Part shown: piece after piece, positions 54,038-63,723 of the stretch
Numbering within the stretch: the stretch's first letter is position 1
Layout: each line of letters begins with the position of its first letter
DNA from: Bacillota bacterium
GTDB taxonomy: Bacteria > Bacillota > Desulfotomaculia > Desulfotomaculales > Desulfocucumaceae
Length of the DNA stretch: 64,000 bases
Assembly: GCA_049325055.1 (NCBI GenBank)
Contig: JBMOPB010000013.1
Span: forward strand, 5,120 to 69,119
Reading direction: 5' to 3'
Notes under the pieces: model-generated
What the model saw: only the letters and a program-made list of their open reading frames with translations
The model's database searches: none
What the model was told of the DNA's origin: nothing
Position numbers and translations under genes: made by a program

Positions 54038-54601
54038 ATGTTTCTGGTGGTGGGTCTTGGAAACCCCGGAAGGGAGTATGCCGGCACCAGGCATAACATG
54101 GGCTTCAGGCTGGTGGACCTCCTGGCCGGCCGGCTGAATACACCTGTTGAAAAAAACCTTTTCAAATCATTGACCGGCCGGGGCTTACAGCACGGAAGGA
54201 CAATTATTCTGGCAAAGCCTCAGACTTATATGAACCTCAGCGGCAACTCGGTGGCCGCCCTGATGAACTGGTTTAAAATAGCGCCATCGGGGCTGGTGGT
54301 GGCCTATGACGATTTGGATTTGCCCCCCGGCAAAATAAGGCTGAGGCCCCAGGGAGGTCACGGAGGTCACAGGGGAGTTGAGTCAATCATTGAAAAAATT
54401 GGAACAGGCGGCTTTTCCCGGGTGAGGATAGGTATAGGCAGACCGCCCAACCCCGAGTATGATGTAGCGGACTGGGTCCTGGGGAGACTTTCCGAGGAGG
54501 AGGAAAAGCTGGCAGGGGAGGCCCTGGAAAGGGCGGCTGAAGCTGTAATCACCCTGATAAATGAGGGAGTGGACGCCGCCATGAACAGGTACAACCGGTA
54601 G
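54038..54601 (+). CDS. pth: Peptidyl-tRNA hydrolase
   Basis: 187 aa. GLGNPG..Y..TRHN(M)GF N-terminal signature. Confidence 0.95.
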   Translation: MFLVVGLGNPGREYAGTRHNMGFRLVDLLAGRLNTPVEKNLFKSLTGRGLQHGRTIILAKPQTYMNLSGNSVAALMNWFKIAPSGLVVAYDDLDLPPGKIRLRPQGGHGGHRGVESIIEKIGTGGFSRVRIGIGRPPNPEYDVADWVLGRLSEEEEKLAGEALERAAEAVITLINEGVDAAMNRYNR

Positions 54602-54677
54602 TTAAAGTATAGAAAGCACGGCTTTATGTCAAATATATAAACATATGTGGTTGGGGCCGGCATTGGGAGATTTTAAT

Positions 54678-55094
54678 ATGTTTTGGGTTAAAGTCCTGTT
54701 GTCGGCGGCAGTGGCGGCCGGTTTTGCCATGGCTTTCAATCATATTTTTAAAAAAGCCGGGCAGGCGGGAATAAACTTTTTCGCCCCCGTTGCCGAGGAG
54801 TGGCTCAAGACCGGGTCGGCCCTTGTTTTTGACGTGCCGGTGCCAGGTACCCACATACTGTTCGGGGCTTTTGAAGCTGCCGGCGATTTCATATGGGGAG
54901 GCAGGTCCAGGCTGCTGGCCGCCTTATTCGGTGTAATGGCGCACACGGCCTTCGGACTTATTACTTGCTTTGTGATGGAGGCCGGGTATCCTGTTTTTAC
55001 GGCCGTTCTTGCGTCTTTGGCCGCACATATGTCATGGAACACTCTTATCGCAAGGCTTACGGCGGTGAAACGGGCAAAATCCCGGAACCCTTGA
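54678..55094 (+). CDS. Small integral membrane protein, unknown function
   Basis: ORF 54645-55094. ATG 54678 after GGGAG. About four hydrophobic segments. Confidence 0.45.
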   Translation: MFWVKVLLSAAVAAGFAMAFNHIFKKAGQAGINFFAPVAEEWLKTGSALVFDVPVPGTHILFGAFEAAGDFIWGGRSRLLAALFGVMAHTAFGLITCFVMEAGYPVFTAVLASLAAHMSWNTLIARLTAVKRAKSRNP

Positions 55095-55339
55095 CGCTTC
55101 CCGGACCCCGAAGATATAATTGGAGATATAATATTGGCGGCCTTTGATTATTACAGCGGTTTAAATCAGGGCCTGAAGCAGCCGGGAGCCCCATCCGGGG
55201 AATCCGGGCGTTTTTGCCATGCCCTTAATAAAGGAGTTTTCAACACGGTTATAAGGCTTGTAACAGAGCTTTAGCCCTCGCTGAAGCTCTTTTCGTCGTG
55301 TCTTGATACGGCAAGAAGTATTTGGTTAGGAGATGTTTT

Positions 55340-58300
55340 ATGCGAGGACTGCTGGCATCCCTGGAAAAAATGAGCGAATATAAGAGCATATGTCAGGGGC
55401 TGGACAGGAAAGTCAGGCAGCAGTTGATTTTTGGTCTGACCGGGTCGCAAAAGGCCTGCGTGGCCGCAGCGCTTATGGAGCATAAAGGTGGGCCCGCGCT
55501 GGTTCTGACCCCCGGCGAACAGGACGCCGCCACCATGGTGGATGACTTGAGAAGCCTTTTGCCGGGCAGGAAGATTATTTATTTTCCGGCTTTGCAGCTT
55601 TTGCCTTACCAGATACTGGCGGCCGGGCGAGAGCCTATGGAAGCCAGGCTCAAGGTGATCGAAGCACTTGCCGCCAGGGAGCCCGTGGTGGTTGTGTCCA
55701 CTCTGGAGGCTTTTATAAGGCGCCTCACTCCACCGGACAGATTCTGCGCCAGCAGGATAAATCTTTCGGTGGGGGACATTATCGATCCGGAAGTTCTAAA
55801 AAGACAACTGGTGGACATGGGGTTCGATCGATGCGACATGGTGGAGGGAAGGGGCCAGTTCAGCGCCAGGGGCGGAATACTGGATGTATTCCCGGTGATG
55901 TCCGAAAACCCGGTCCGCCTTGAATTTTTTGACGACCAGCTTGACTCCATAAGGTTTTTTGACGTGGATACCCAGCGTTCCGTTGAGAAATGCCGTGAAA
56001 TAAATATTTCACCGGCGGTGGAACTGGTGGCTGACCATCAGTCGCGGGAAGAGGCCCTTAGAAGGCTGGAGGCTGAATATAAAACACAGCTGAAAAAGGT
56101 AACCAGGTCCGGCAGCCTTGAAGCCAGGAGAGCCCTGGCAGATATGTACCAGGAGGCTGTTGAGAAAATAGGGGCAGGGCTTTACTTTCCCGGAATGGAC
56201 CAGTTCCTTCCCTACTTTTATCCCAATCCGGTTACAATTGCCGATTACTTTCCACCGGACACCCTGGCCCTGGTTGACGAACCCCAGAGGCTTAAAGAGC
56301 TGACTGACGTAATCCACAGGGAGAGGTCAGAGACCTATACCGATATGCTGGCCAAGGGAAAAGTGCTTCCCGGACAGTACAACGGCTATATACAGTGGGA
56401 AGATTTACGCAAGTCCCTGGAGCGCTTCGTCACCGTGTTTGTGTCGTTTCTCCCCCGACAGCCGCACAACATAAACCCGGGCAGGGTGGTGACGTTTACA
56501 GCCAAGGGAATGCATGCGTTTTTGGGCCGCATGGATATTTTGACCGACGAGGTGCTTAACTGGAAGAGGGCTGGTTATGCCGTTGCCCTTCTGGCGGGCA
56601 GCTCCGACCGGGCCAGGCAGCTCCTGGAAGTTATGAGGGACGCAAAAATAGACGCGTACCGTATTGGAACGCTTACAGGGGACATTCGGCCGGGGAATGT
56701 TGTCATCACCGAGAGCAGTCTTTCCGGCGGGTTTGAATTTCCCGCCGGAAAGCTGGCCGTCATTACCGGGGCGGAAATGTACGGCCGTCAAAAGAGGGCC
56801 AGGGAAAGGGCCCGGTCGAAAAACCGCATGGAGCCCTTTACCGACCTTAAAGTGGGAGACTACGTGGTTCATGTGAACCACGGAATAGGCCGGTATACAG
56901 GCATTGAAAAGCTGGACATAGCAGGGGTTCAAAAGGACTACCTGGCAATTAAATACTCCGGGGAGGACAAATTATACGTGCCCACCGACCAGGTGGGGCT
57001 GATACAGAAATACCTGGGGGGAGAGGCCGACGCCCCGAAGCTTTCAAAACTGGGAGGGGCCGAGTGGCACAGGGTAAAGGGAAGGGTAAAGGAAGCCGTC
57101 AGGGAAATGGCACAGGAGTTGATCTCTCTCTATGCTGCCAGGCAAAGCGCACGGGGACATTCCTTCGGCCCGGATACAGTCTGGCAGAAGGATTTTGAGG
57201 CCGCCTTTCCTTACGAGGAAACTCCCGATCAGTTGCGGGCAATAGAAGAGGCCAAGCGGGATATGGAGCGTACCCTGCCCATGGACCGCCTTTTGTGCGG
57301 GGATGTGGGGTACGGGAAGACCGAGGTGGCCCTGAGGGCGGCCTTTAAGGCCGTTATGGACGGAAAGCAGGTGGCCGTTCTGGTGCCCACCACCATACTG
57401 GCGCAGCAGCACTTCAACACTTTCCGGGAAAGGTTTTCCCCCTATCCAATCAGCATTGAAATGCTCAGCCGTTTTCGAACCCCCAGGGAGCAGAAAAAAA
57501 TACTGCATGACCTTTCCCTGGGTAAGCTGGATATAGTTATCGGAACTCACAGGCTGGTCCAGGAAGACATTGTGTTCAAAAATCTGGGGCTTTTAGTGGT
57601 GGACGAGGAACAGCGGTTTGGTGTTGCTCACAAGGAAAGGCTGAAAATGATGAAGCATAATGTGGATGTGCTGACGCTCACCGCAACCCCCATACCCCGT
57701 ACCCTTCATATGTCACTGGTGGGGGTCAGGGACACCAGCCTTCTGGAAACCCCGCCGGAAAACCGCTTTCCCGTGCAGACTTATGTTCTGGAAGAGGATC
57801 CCTATATGATCAGGGAGGCCATATACAGGGAAATGGGAAGGGGCGGCCAGGTGTTTTTTGTGCACAACAGGATAATAGACCTGGACAGAGTGGCCTCGTG
57901 GCTTCAGGGTTTGGTTCCGGACGCCCGGCTGGCGGTGGCCCATGGCCAGATGAGGGAAGACGACCTGGAGCAGGTAATGATGGATTTTATGGCCGGATCC
58001 TATGACGTGCTGGTGTGCACCACCATTATTGAAAGCGGCCTTGATATACCCAACGTCAACACGCTTATAGTGAAAGACGCCAATAATATGGGGCTCTCCC
58101 AGTTATACCAGCTCAGGGGAAGGGTGGGCCGCTCAAACAGGATTGCTTATGCCTATTTCACCTACAGGCGGGACCGCGTGCTCAACGAAGTGGCTGAAAA
58201 AAGGCTGGCCGCCATCAAGGAATTCACCGCCTTCGGTTCAGGGTACAAGATTGCCATGCGAGACCTGGAAATAAGAGGGGCGGGAAACCTGCTGGGACCC

Positions 58301-58867
58301 GAGCAGCACGGACATATCGACGCAGTGGGCTTTGACCTTTACTGCCGCCTGCTTGAGGAAGCCGTCAGGGAGGCCAGGGGGGAAGAACACCTGGGCCCGG
58401 TGGAAACAGCCATTGAACTGCCTGTAGACGGGTATATACCCGACAGCTTCATACCGGACACCAATCAAAAGGTGGAGATATACAGGAGAATGGCAGGGTT
58501 CCGCGATGAATCCCTGATAGAAGACCTGGCGGAAGAAATGGTGGACCGGTTTGGCGATGTCCCGGCCCCTGTGGAAAGGCTTTTGCGGGTTGCCAGGATA
58601 AGGATAGTGGCCGGGAACCTGAGGATAAAGAATATCGCCGAGCAGTCAGGATATTTCAGGCTGCAGTTCGCTCCCGGCCATCCCCTTACCGGAGACACGC
58701 TGGTTAAAATCGGGCAGGAATACAAAAACCGTGTCAAGTTTTCCACCCAGGGGGATGATTTCGAAATCAAGCTGAGGGCGCCGGTGCTGGAAAACGGAAC
58801 CGAACACTATCTGGAGGTACTGGAGGGATTTATCAGGGAACTGGGGGTGGAGACCTGTCCTGCATGA
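55340..58867 (+). CDS. mfd: Transcription-repair coupling factor
   Basis: ORF 55322-58867. UvrB-homology N-region. CarD/RID segment (GDYVVHVNHGIG). SF2 helicase motifs GDVGYGKTEVA and DEEQRFGV. TRG motif. C-terminal TRCF domain. Confidence 0.96.
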   Translation: MRGLLASLEKMSEYKSICQGLDRKVRQQLIFGLTGSQKACVAAALMEHKGGPALVLTPGEQDAATMVDDLRSLLPGRKIIYFPALQLLPYQILAAGREPMEARLKVIEALAAREPVVVVSTLEAFIRRLTPPDRFCASRINLSVGDIIDPEVLKRQLVDMGFDRCDMVEGRGQFSARGGILDVFPVMSENPVRLEFFDDQLDSIRFFDVDTQRSVEKCREINISPAVELVADHQSREEALRRLEAEYKTQLKKVTRSGSLEARRALADMYQEAVEKIGAGLYFPGMDQFLPYFYPNPVTIADYFPPDTLALVDEPQRLKELTDVIHRERSETYTDMLAKGKVLPGQYNGYIQWEDLRKSLERFVTVFVSFLPRQPHNINPGRVVTFTAKGMHAFLGRMDILTDEVLNWKRAGYAVALLAGSSDRARQLLEVMRDAKIDAYRIGTLTGDIRPGNVVITESSLSGGFEFPAGKLAVITGAEMYGRQKRARERARSKNRMEPFTDLKVGDYVVHVNHGIGRYTGIEKLDIAGVQKDYLAIKYSGEDKLYVPTDQVGLIQKYLGGEADAPKLSKLGGAEWHRVKGRVKEAVREMAQELISLYAARQSARGHSFGPDTVWQKDFEAAFPYEETPDQLRAIEEAKRDMERTLPMDRLLCGDVGYGKTEVALRAAFKAVMDGKQVAVLVPTTILAQQHFNTFRERFSPYPISIEMLSRFRTPREQKKILHDLSLGKLDIVIGTHRLVQEDIVFKNLGLLVVDEEQRFGVAHKERLKMMKHNVDVLTLTATPIPRTLHMSLVGVRDTSLLETPPENRFPVQTYVLEEDPYMIREAIYREMGRGGQVFFVHNRIIDLDRVASWLQGLVPDARLAVAHGQMREDDLEQVMMDFMAGSYDVLVCTTIIESGLDIPNVNTLIVKDANNMGLSQLYQLRGRVGRSNRIAYAYFTYRRDRVLNEVAEKRLAAIKEFTAFGSGYKIAMRDLEIRGAGNLLGPEQHGHIDAVGFDLYCRLLEEAVREARGEEHLGPVETAIELPVDGYIPDSFIPDTNQKVEIYRRMAGFRDESLIEDLAEEMVDRFGDVPAPVERLLRVARIRIVAGNLRIKNIAEQSGYFRLQFAPGHPLTGDTLVKIGQEYKNRVKFSTQGDDFEIKLRAPVLENGTEHYLEVLEGFIRELGVETCPA

Positions 58868-58949
58868 AAATGGCAGTCCACCCTCTCCTTAATTGTTGCG
58901 GTTTTAGTGGAAGGGGCTTATAATCATCTTTATATGGGGAGGGATTTTT

Positions 58950-59987
58950 TTGATTAAATCTTTTAAGGTCATTCTTGCGCTGGCGGTAATAATGCTGGTA
59001 GTTATACCGGCCGCCGGCTGCGGGAAAAGCGGCAATGTTGTGGCGACGGTAAACGGTGAGAAAATCACCCAAAAGCAGCTGGACGAGATGGTGTCCGAGA
59101 TGAAAAAGTATTACAGCGCCCAGGGTTTAACCTTTGACGAGAGTAAAGACGCGGAGATGGTAAAGACACTGAACACAATGACCCTGGAGCAGCTCATAAC
59201 CCAGACCATACTGATGCAGGAAGCCAAAAAACTTGGCGTCCAGGTTACCAAGGAAGATGTCAACAAAGAGATAGACAAGTATAAAGAGCAAATGACCGAG
59301 GAAAAGTTCAAGGAGTACCTGAAAAAGAACGAACTGTCCGAGTCCCGGCTTAAAGAAATGGTGGAAAAGGATCTCTATCTGCTCGGTCTCCAGAACAAAC
59401 TGCTTGAAGACGTAAAACCTGCCACTGAGGAACAGGCCAGGGATTATTACGAAAAAAACAAAAAAGAGTTTGTAACCCGTGAAAGCTACCAGGTCCGCCA
59501 TATTCTGGCCATGACGGACGGCAAGGAGGGGGACAAGGGTAAAATAGACCTGGAGGCCAAGACAAAAATACTGACTATACTTGAAGAGTTGAAGCAAGGC
59601 CAGGATTTTGCGGAAATCGCCAAGACCAAATCCGAGGACCCCGGCACCGCGCCGGAGGGAGGGCTTTTAAGCTTTAGCCCCGGAGACGTGGTGCCCGAGT
59701 TTGAGGCAGCCGCAAAGGCCCTGAAACCAGGTGGAATGACCATGGAACCGGTTAAGACCAGCTACGGATACCACCTGGTAAAGCTGGAAAAGATAACTCC
59801 CGAGAAACAAAAAACCTTTGAAGAAGTGAAGGCCGGAATAATAGAAAGGCTTACCGAAGAGGCCAAGCAGGACAAGATTGACAAATTCCTGGAAGAGGCC
59901 AAGAAGAATGCCCAGGTGGTTAATAACCTGGATAAGCCTGAAGAAAAGAAACCGGAAGAAGAAAAGAAAACCGAGAAAAAAGAATAA
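58950..59987 (+). CDS. PrsA-like lipoprotein peptidyl-prolyl isomerase (SurA N-domain + PpiC parvulin domain)
   Basis: 345 aa. Lipobox PAAGC. Parvulin motifs (VRHIL...; GG.L..F..G.(V/M)V.EFE.A; T..GYH(L/I)(V/I)K). Confidence 0.85.
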   Translation: MIKSFKVILALAVIMLVVIPAAGCGKSGNVVATVNGEKITQKQLDEMVSEMKKYYSAQGLTFDESKDAEMVKTLNTMTLEQLITQTILMQEAKKLGVQVTKEDVNKEIDKYKEQMTEEKFKEYLKKNELSESRLKEMVEKDLYLLGLQNKLLEDVKPATEEQARDYYEKNKKEFVTRESYQVRHILAMTDGKEGDKGKIDLEAKTKILTILEELKQGQDFAEIAKTKSEDPGTAPEGGLLSFSPGDVVPEFEAAAKALKPGGMTMEPVKTSYGYHLVKLEKITPEKQKTFEEVKAGIIERLTEEAKQDKIDKFLEEAKKNAQVVNNLDKPEEKKPEEEKKTEKKE

Positions 59988-60027
59988 TCACGAAAAATGA
60001 AAAAAAATAATGCTCATTGGTAAAAAA

Positions 60028-60058
60028 TGAATAATTCCTTTCCTCCTGTTATATACTA
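60028..60058 (+). promoter_or_regulatory. Candidate forespore sigma-G/F-type promoter of spoVT
   Basis: TGAATA (60028-60033), 18 nt spacer, TATACTA (60052-60058). Compared with the recalled sigma-G consensus GAATA-N17/18-CATACTA. Confidence 0.4.
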
Positions 60059-60113
60059 TCTGTGAAAGTTAATTCGTGAAGTTTATGCAGATAAAGGAGG
60101 GAAGGGTGAATAG

Positions 60114-60674
60114 ATGAAAGCGACCGGTATCGTTCGTCGTATTGACGATTTAGGCAGGGTTGTCATACCGAAGGAAATCAGGAGAACGCTTCGTATACGA
60201 GAAGGGGACCCTCTGGAAATCTTTGTGGACAGGGAAGGCGAAGTTATCCTTAAAAAATATTCCCCTATCGGTGAGCTGGGGGATTTTGCCAAGGAATATG
60301 CCGACTCTCTGCATGAAGCACTGGGTCATATCGCCTGCATTGCGGACCGGGATACAATAATCGCTGTTGCCGGGGCGCCAAAGAAGGAGTTTATAAATAA
60401 GGCCATTGGCCCCGCCGTTGAAAAGGTGATGGAAGAAAGAAAGGCTGTTATACTGAACAACCCGGGCAAGGATCCTCAGAACAGGGAATGCATGATAGTC
60501 GAAGATGGCGACTGCAGGTATACCGCCGAAGTGATAGCGCCTATAATCGCCGAGGGCGACCCCATAGGGGCGGTGATACTTGCCTCCAAGGAACCTGATG
60601 TTAAAATGGGTGAAATGGAGTTAAAGCTGGCCGAAACCGCCGCCGGGTTTCTGGCCAAACAAATGGAACAATAA
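60114..60674 (+). CDS. spoVT: Stage V sporulation regulator SpoVT (AbrB-type N-domain + GAF-like C-domain)
   Basis: 186 aa. MKATGIVRRIDDLGRVVIPKEIRRTLRI N-terminus. mfd-spoVT synteny. Confidence 0.93.
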   Translation: MKATGIVRRIDDLGRVVIPKEIRRTLRIREGDPLEIFVDREGEVILKKYSPIGELGDFAKEYADSLHEALGHIACIADRDTIIAVAGAPKKEFINKAIGPAVEKVMEERKAVILNNPGKDPQNRECMIVEDGDCRYTAEVIAPIIAEGDPIGAVILASKEPDVKMGEMELKLAETAAGFLAKQMEQ

Positions 60675-60773
60675 AGGTGGCCTACATGGCCGCCTTATTT
60701 TTTGTGATAGATTTATGCTATAATAAGCAGGGCAAAATGGTATATTATACATTGACTGACGATAGATGGAGGT

Positions 60774-62273
60774 TTGCTGGTGGGTGTGATAACAATTGCC
60801 GGACTGGGTCCCGGGGATCCGGGACTTGTTTCTGTGGCCGTGCTGGAGGCTTTAAAGGGGAGCAGCAGGATATGGCTGCGCACAGAGGTGCACCCTGTGG
60901 TGGAATGGCTTAAAGAAAAGGGGGTTTCGTTCAGATCATTTGACTACATATACCGGGAAGCAGAAAACTTTCAGGAGGTATACCGGCGCATAGCCGGTGA
61001 GATTGTTTCCCTGGCCCGGGAAGGAGACGTGCTGTATGCCGTGCCGGGGCATCCACTGGTGGCTGAGGAATCCGTGGATCTGATACTGGAAGGGGCGGCC
61101 GGGAAGGGGCATGAAGTCCGGATAATTCCCGGTATGAGCTTTATAGACTCTTTGCTGGCAGCTGTAAAGACCAGTCCTTCAAAAGGACTGCACGTGATAG
61201 ACGGCCTCAGGCTGGACCGCCAGGTTCCCGACCCGTCTGTCAGCACCGTGGTTACGCAGGCGTACAGCCGGCTGGTAATGTCCGACATCAAACTGTCACT
61301 GATGGAACACTACCCGGATGATCATGTCGTGCAGGTTGTCACCGCCGCCGGTGTTCCCGGCGAGGAGCATATAGAGGAGTGTCCGCTGTATGCCATGGAC
61401 AGGGTAAGTAAGGTTAATCATCTTACCAGCGTATTTATCCCGCCGGTGAAGTCCGCCTCCCAGCCACAGGGTTCCTGTTTCCCGCTTGATCCCCTGGTGG
61501 AAGTTATGGCCCGGCTGAGGGGACCGGACGGGTGCCCATGGGACAGGGAGCAGGACCACCTGAGCCTGAGGCAGTACCTTCTTGAAGAGGCTTATGAGGT
61601 CCTGGACGCCCTGAGCAGGCAGGATATGTATAATATATGTGAAGAATTGGGAGACTTATTACTACAAATAGTTTTCCATGCTCAAATTGCTTCGGAAAAC
61701 GGGATCTTTGACATCAACAACGTTATAGGCGCCATAACGGAAAAAATGATAAGACGCCACCCCCATGTTTTCGGGGACATAAAGGTGAAAAACAGCGATG
61801 AGGTTATTGTAAACTGGGCGGCCATTAAAGAAAAGGAAAAAGGGGCCCGCCAGAGCATACTTGACGGGATACCGGAATACCTGCCTTCCCTGATGAGAGC
61901 GCAGAAACTGCAGTCCGCCGCCGCAAAAGTGGGCTTTGACTGGCCTGATTATACTGGGGCACTTGAAAAGCTATATGAGGAACTGACTGAAATGATGAAG
62001 GCCGTAAAAAGCGGAAGCGGACCTCAAAAAGAAGATGAAATGGGCGACGTTCTTTTTTCCGTGGTGAACCTTTCAAGGTTGCTTGAAATAGACGCCGAGG
62101 TGGCTCTTTCCAGGGTCATTGGGAAATTTCGGGAAAGATTCCGTCATGTTGAAGTAATGGCTGCTTTATCCGGCCGAAATCTTTCCGAATGCAGCCTTGA
62201 TGAGATGGACTCCTGGTGGGAGGAAGCAAAAAAAGTGGAAAAAAGTTTAAAAATAAAGGAATTATTTTCTTGA
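60774..62273 (+). CDS. mazG: Tetrapyrrole-methylase domain / MazG nucleoside-triphosphate pyrophosphohydrolase fusion (YabN)
   Basis: 499 aa. N-half ITIAGLGPGDPGL. C-half has two MazG repeats (EE.YE..DA......EELGDLLLQ.VFHA and EE..E.........E.GD.LF..VN). Confidence 0.9.
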   Translation: MLVGVITIAGLGPGDPGLVSVAVLEALKGSSRIWLRTEVHPVVEWLKEKGVSFRSFDYIYREAENFQEVYRRIAGEIVSLAREGDVLYAVPGHPLVAEESVDLILEGAAGKGHEVRIIPGMSFIDSLLAAVKTSPSKGLHVIDGLRLDRQVPDPSVSTVVTQAYSRLVMSDIKLSLMEHYPDDHVVQVVTAAGVPGEEHIEECPLYAMDRVSKVNHLTSVFIPPVKSASQPQGSCFPLDPLVEVMARLRGPDGCPWDREQDHLSLRQYLLEEAYEVLDALSRQDMYNICEELGDLLLQIVFHAQIASENGIFDINNVIGAITEKMIRRHPHVFGDIKVKNSDEVIVNWAAIKEKEKGARQSILDGIPEYLPSLMRAQKLQSAAAKVGFDWPDYTGALEKLYEELTEMMKAVKSGSGPQKEDEMGDVLFSVVNLSRLLEIDAEVALSRVIGKFRERFRHVEVMAALSGRNLSECSLDEMDSWWEEAKKVEKSLKIKELFS

Positions 62274-62342
62274 CGGGAGGAAATATGAGAAAAATAGCGA
62301 ATAGTAACTCCATCTACAGGTAAAATTTAAGGGAGGGTATTT

Positions 62343-62615
62343 ATGAACAAGGCAGATCTCGTTTCGAAGGTTGCCGAGAAAACCGATTTCACCAAAAAGG
62401 ATGCTGAAAAAGCTGTGTCTGCAGTTCTGACAAGCATCGAGGAAGCTCTTTCCGGTGGTGAAAAGGTGCAACTGGTAGGCTTTGGCACATTCGAAATAAG
62501 GGAAAGGGCCGCCCGTAAGGGCCGCAACCCGCAAACCGGTCAGGAAATCAACATTGCTGCTGCCAAGGTTCCTGTGTTCAAGGCCGGAAAAGCTCTGCGC
62601 GAAAGCGTTGGTTAG
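62343..62615 (+). CDS. hup: DNA-binding protein HU
   Basis: 90 aa. MNKADL... and GFG.F..RERAAR.GRNPQTG..I.I..A.VP.FKAGK signature. Confidence 0.96.
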   Translation: MNKADLVSKVAEKTDFTKKDAEKAVSAVLTSIEEALSGGEKVQLVGFGTFEIRERAARKGRNPQTGQEINIAAAKVPVFKAGKALRESVG

Positions 62616-62667
62616 AAAAATAGAACTGATATTTATGAATAAACTATTAAGTGTTTTAAAATTTTTC

Positions 62668-62700
62668 AAATCCACGCTTTATGTGTGGATTTTTATTTTT
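62668..62700 (+). terminator. Rho-independent terminator after hup
   Basis: Stem AAATCCAC/GTGGATTT followed by a T-rich tract. Confidence 0.6.
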
Positions 62701-62735
62701 TCAGAGGTCGGTAAAACAATAAAGGGGGTGACGGC

Positions 62736-62981
62736 TTGAGGCTGGATAAATTCTTGAAAGTCTCAAGGGTAATAAAGCGCCGGACTGTGGCCAAGGAAGT
62801 GTCCGACCAGGGGCAGGTTAAAATAAACGGCCGGACAGCAAAGGCAGGCAGTGAGGTTAAACCGGGGGACCGTGTGGAAATAACTCTGGGGGAAAAGACA
62901 ATCCGGCTTGAAATACTGGAGATCAGGGAAACGGTGGCCGCCCGCGATGCGGCCGGTTTATACAGGTTGCTGGAAGAATGA
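62736..62981 (+). CDS. yabO: S4-domain RNA-binding protein (YabO/Hsp15-like)
   Basis: 81 aa. MRLDKFLKVSR..KRRT.AKE......V.(I/V)NG S4 motif. Position after yabN/hup. Confidence 0.88.
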   Translation: MRLDKFLKVSRVIKRRTVAKEVSDQGQVKINGRTAKAGSEVKPGDRVEITLGEKTIRLEILEIRETVAARDAAGLYRLLEE

Positions 62982-63723
62982 TTGCCTGCTTAAATGGCTG
63001 AAACGATTAAAAACAGTGAGTAATAGCGACAAATCCTAGCTTAATTGCAGCAGAGGGGCAAAAACAGCATTTGCCATTATGTGGTAACATTAACATTAAA
63101 AACCACAAGGGGTGAGTGAGGTGTTTTTGCCCTGTGACTGTTATATCATATTCAGTGATTCTGAAGTTTTATTTAGAGAGCCTCCGGAGGTAAACCCCGG
63201 TAAGAGGTATTACAATAGCCGGCAAGGGGGTGATTTATTAAAAAGTCCCCTTACCGTTTCCGGACCGGCGTTCATGGAGGCCGGACAGGGTAAAGGCCCT
63301 GGTCCGGTAAAGCTGCGAACATGCTGCGGGGCCAGGGGGCCTTAAGCATAGAGACTGCGGGTGCCCCGGCGGGGGTAAGGGAAAAAGCGCGGGCGCTTGG
63401 CCCAAAAACTGGATTATATTACCTCATTACCCCTGGGGCAGTTGCTTTTGGTAATTGTGTCAAAAACGGTGGCGGTGGATTTCAGGGACAGTGACATGGG
63501 TGGTGCGGTCTCTGTCCTTTAAGGGGCCCCTTTGAATACTTCCGTTACCGGCCAGGCAAGACACAGTAATAAACAAATGCTGTTTAAGTGACCTGCGGGG
63601 CCTGACATGGCGTCGTTCGGGCACGCCGCCCCGCGCCTGGAATATCTTATGATTTCTGCATAATATCATTTTCCCCGGCAAAAATAACACCGGTAAAAAT
63701 TTTTGCCGGGGAGGTAAAACATT

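Noticed and set aside
55095-55339. Expected fin (yabK) anti-sigma-F mini-gene between pth and mfd
   Set aside because: Only trivial ORFs are present. The slot is instead occupied by a small membrane protein gene (54678-55094) plus a non-coding spacer.
63640-63666. Sigma-E-type promoter for spoIID (GAATATC ... CATAATAT)
   Set aside because: By my count the spacer between the two elements is about 12 nt, versus about 14 in the recalled consensus. That is too weak to annotate as a feature, so it is mentioned only inside the gap finding.
63112-63690. ORFs 63112-63345 (+) and 63460-63690 (-) in the yabO-spoIID gap
   Set aside because: They have no RBS and implausible composition (Cys/Arg/Gly/Pro runs). 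The region is reported as a non-coding or structured candidate instead.
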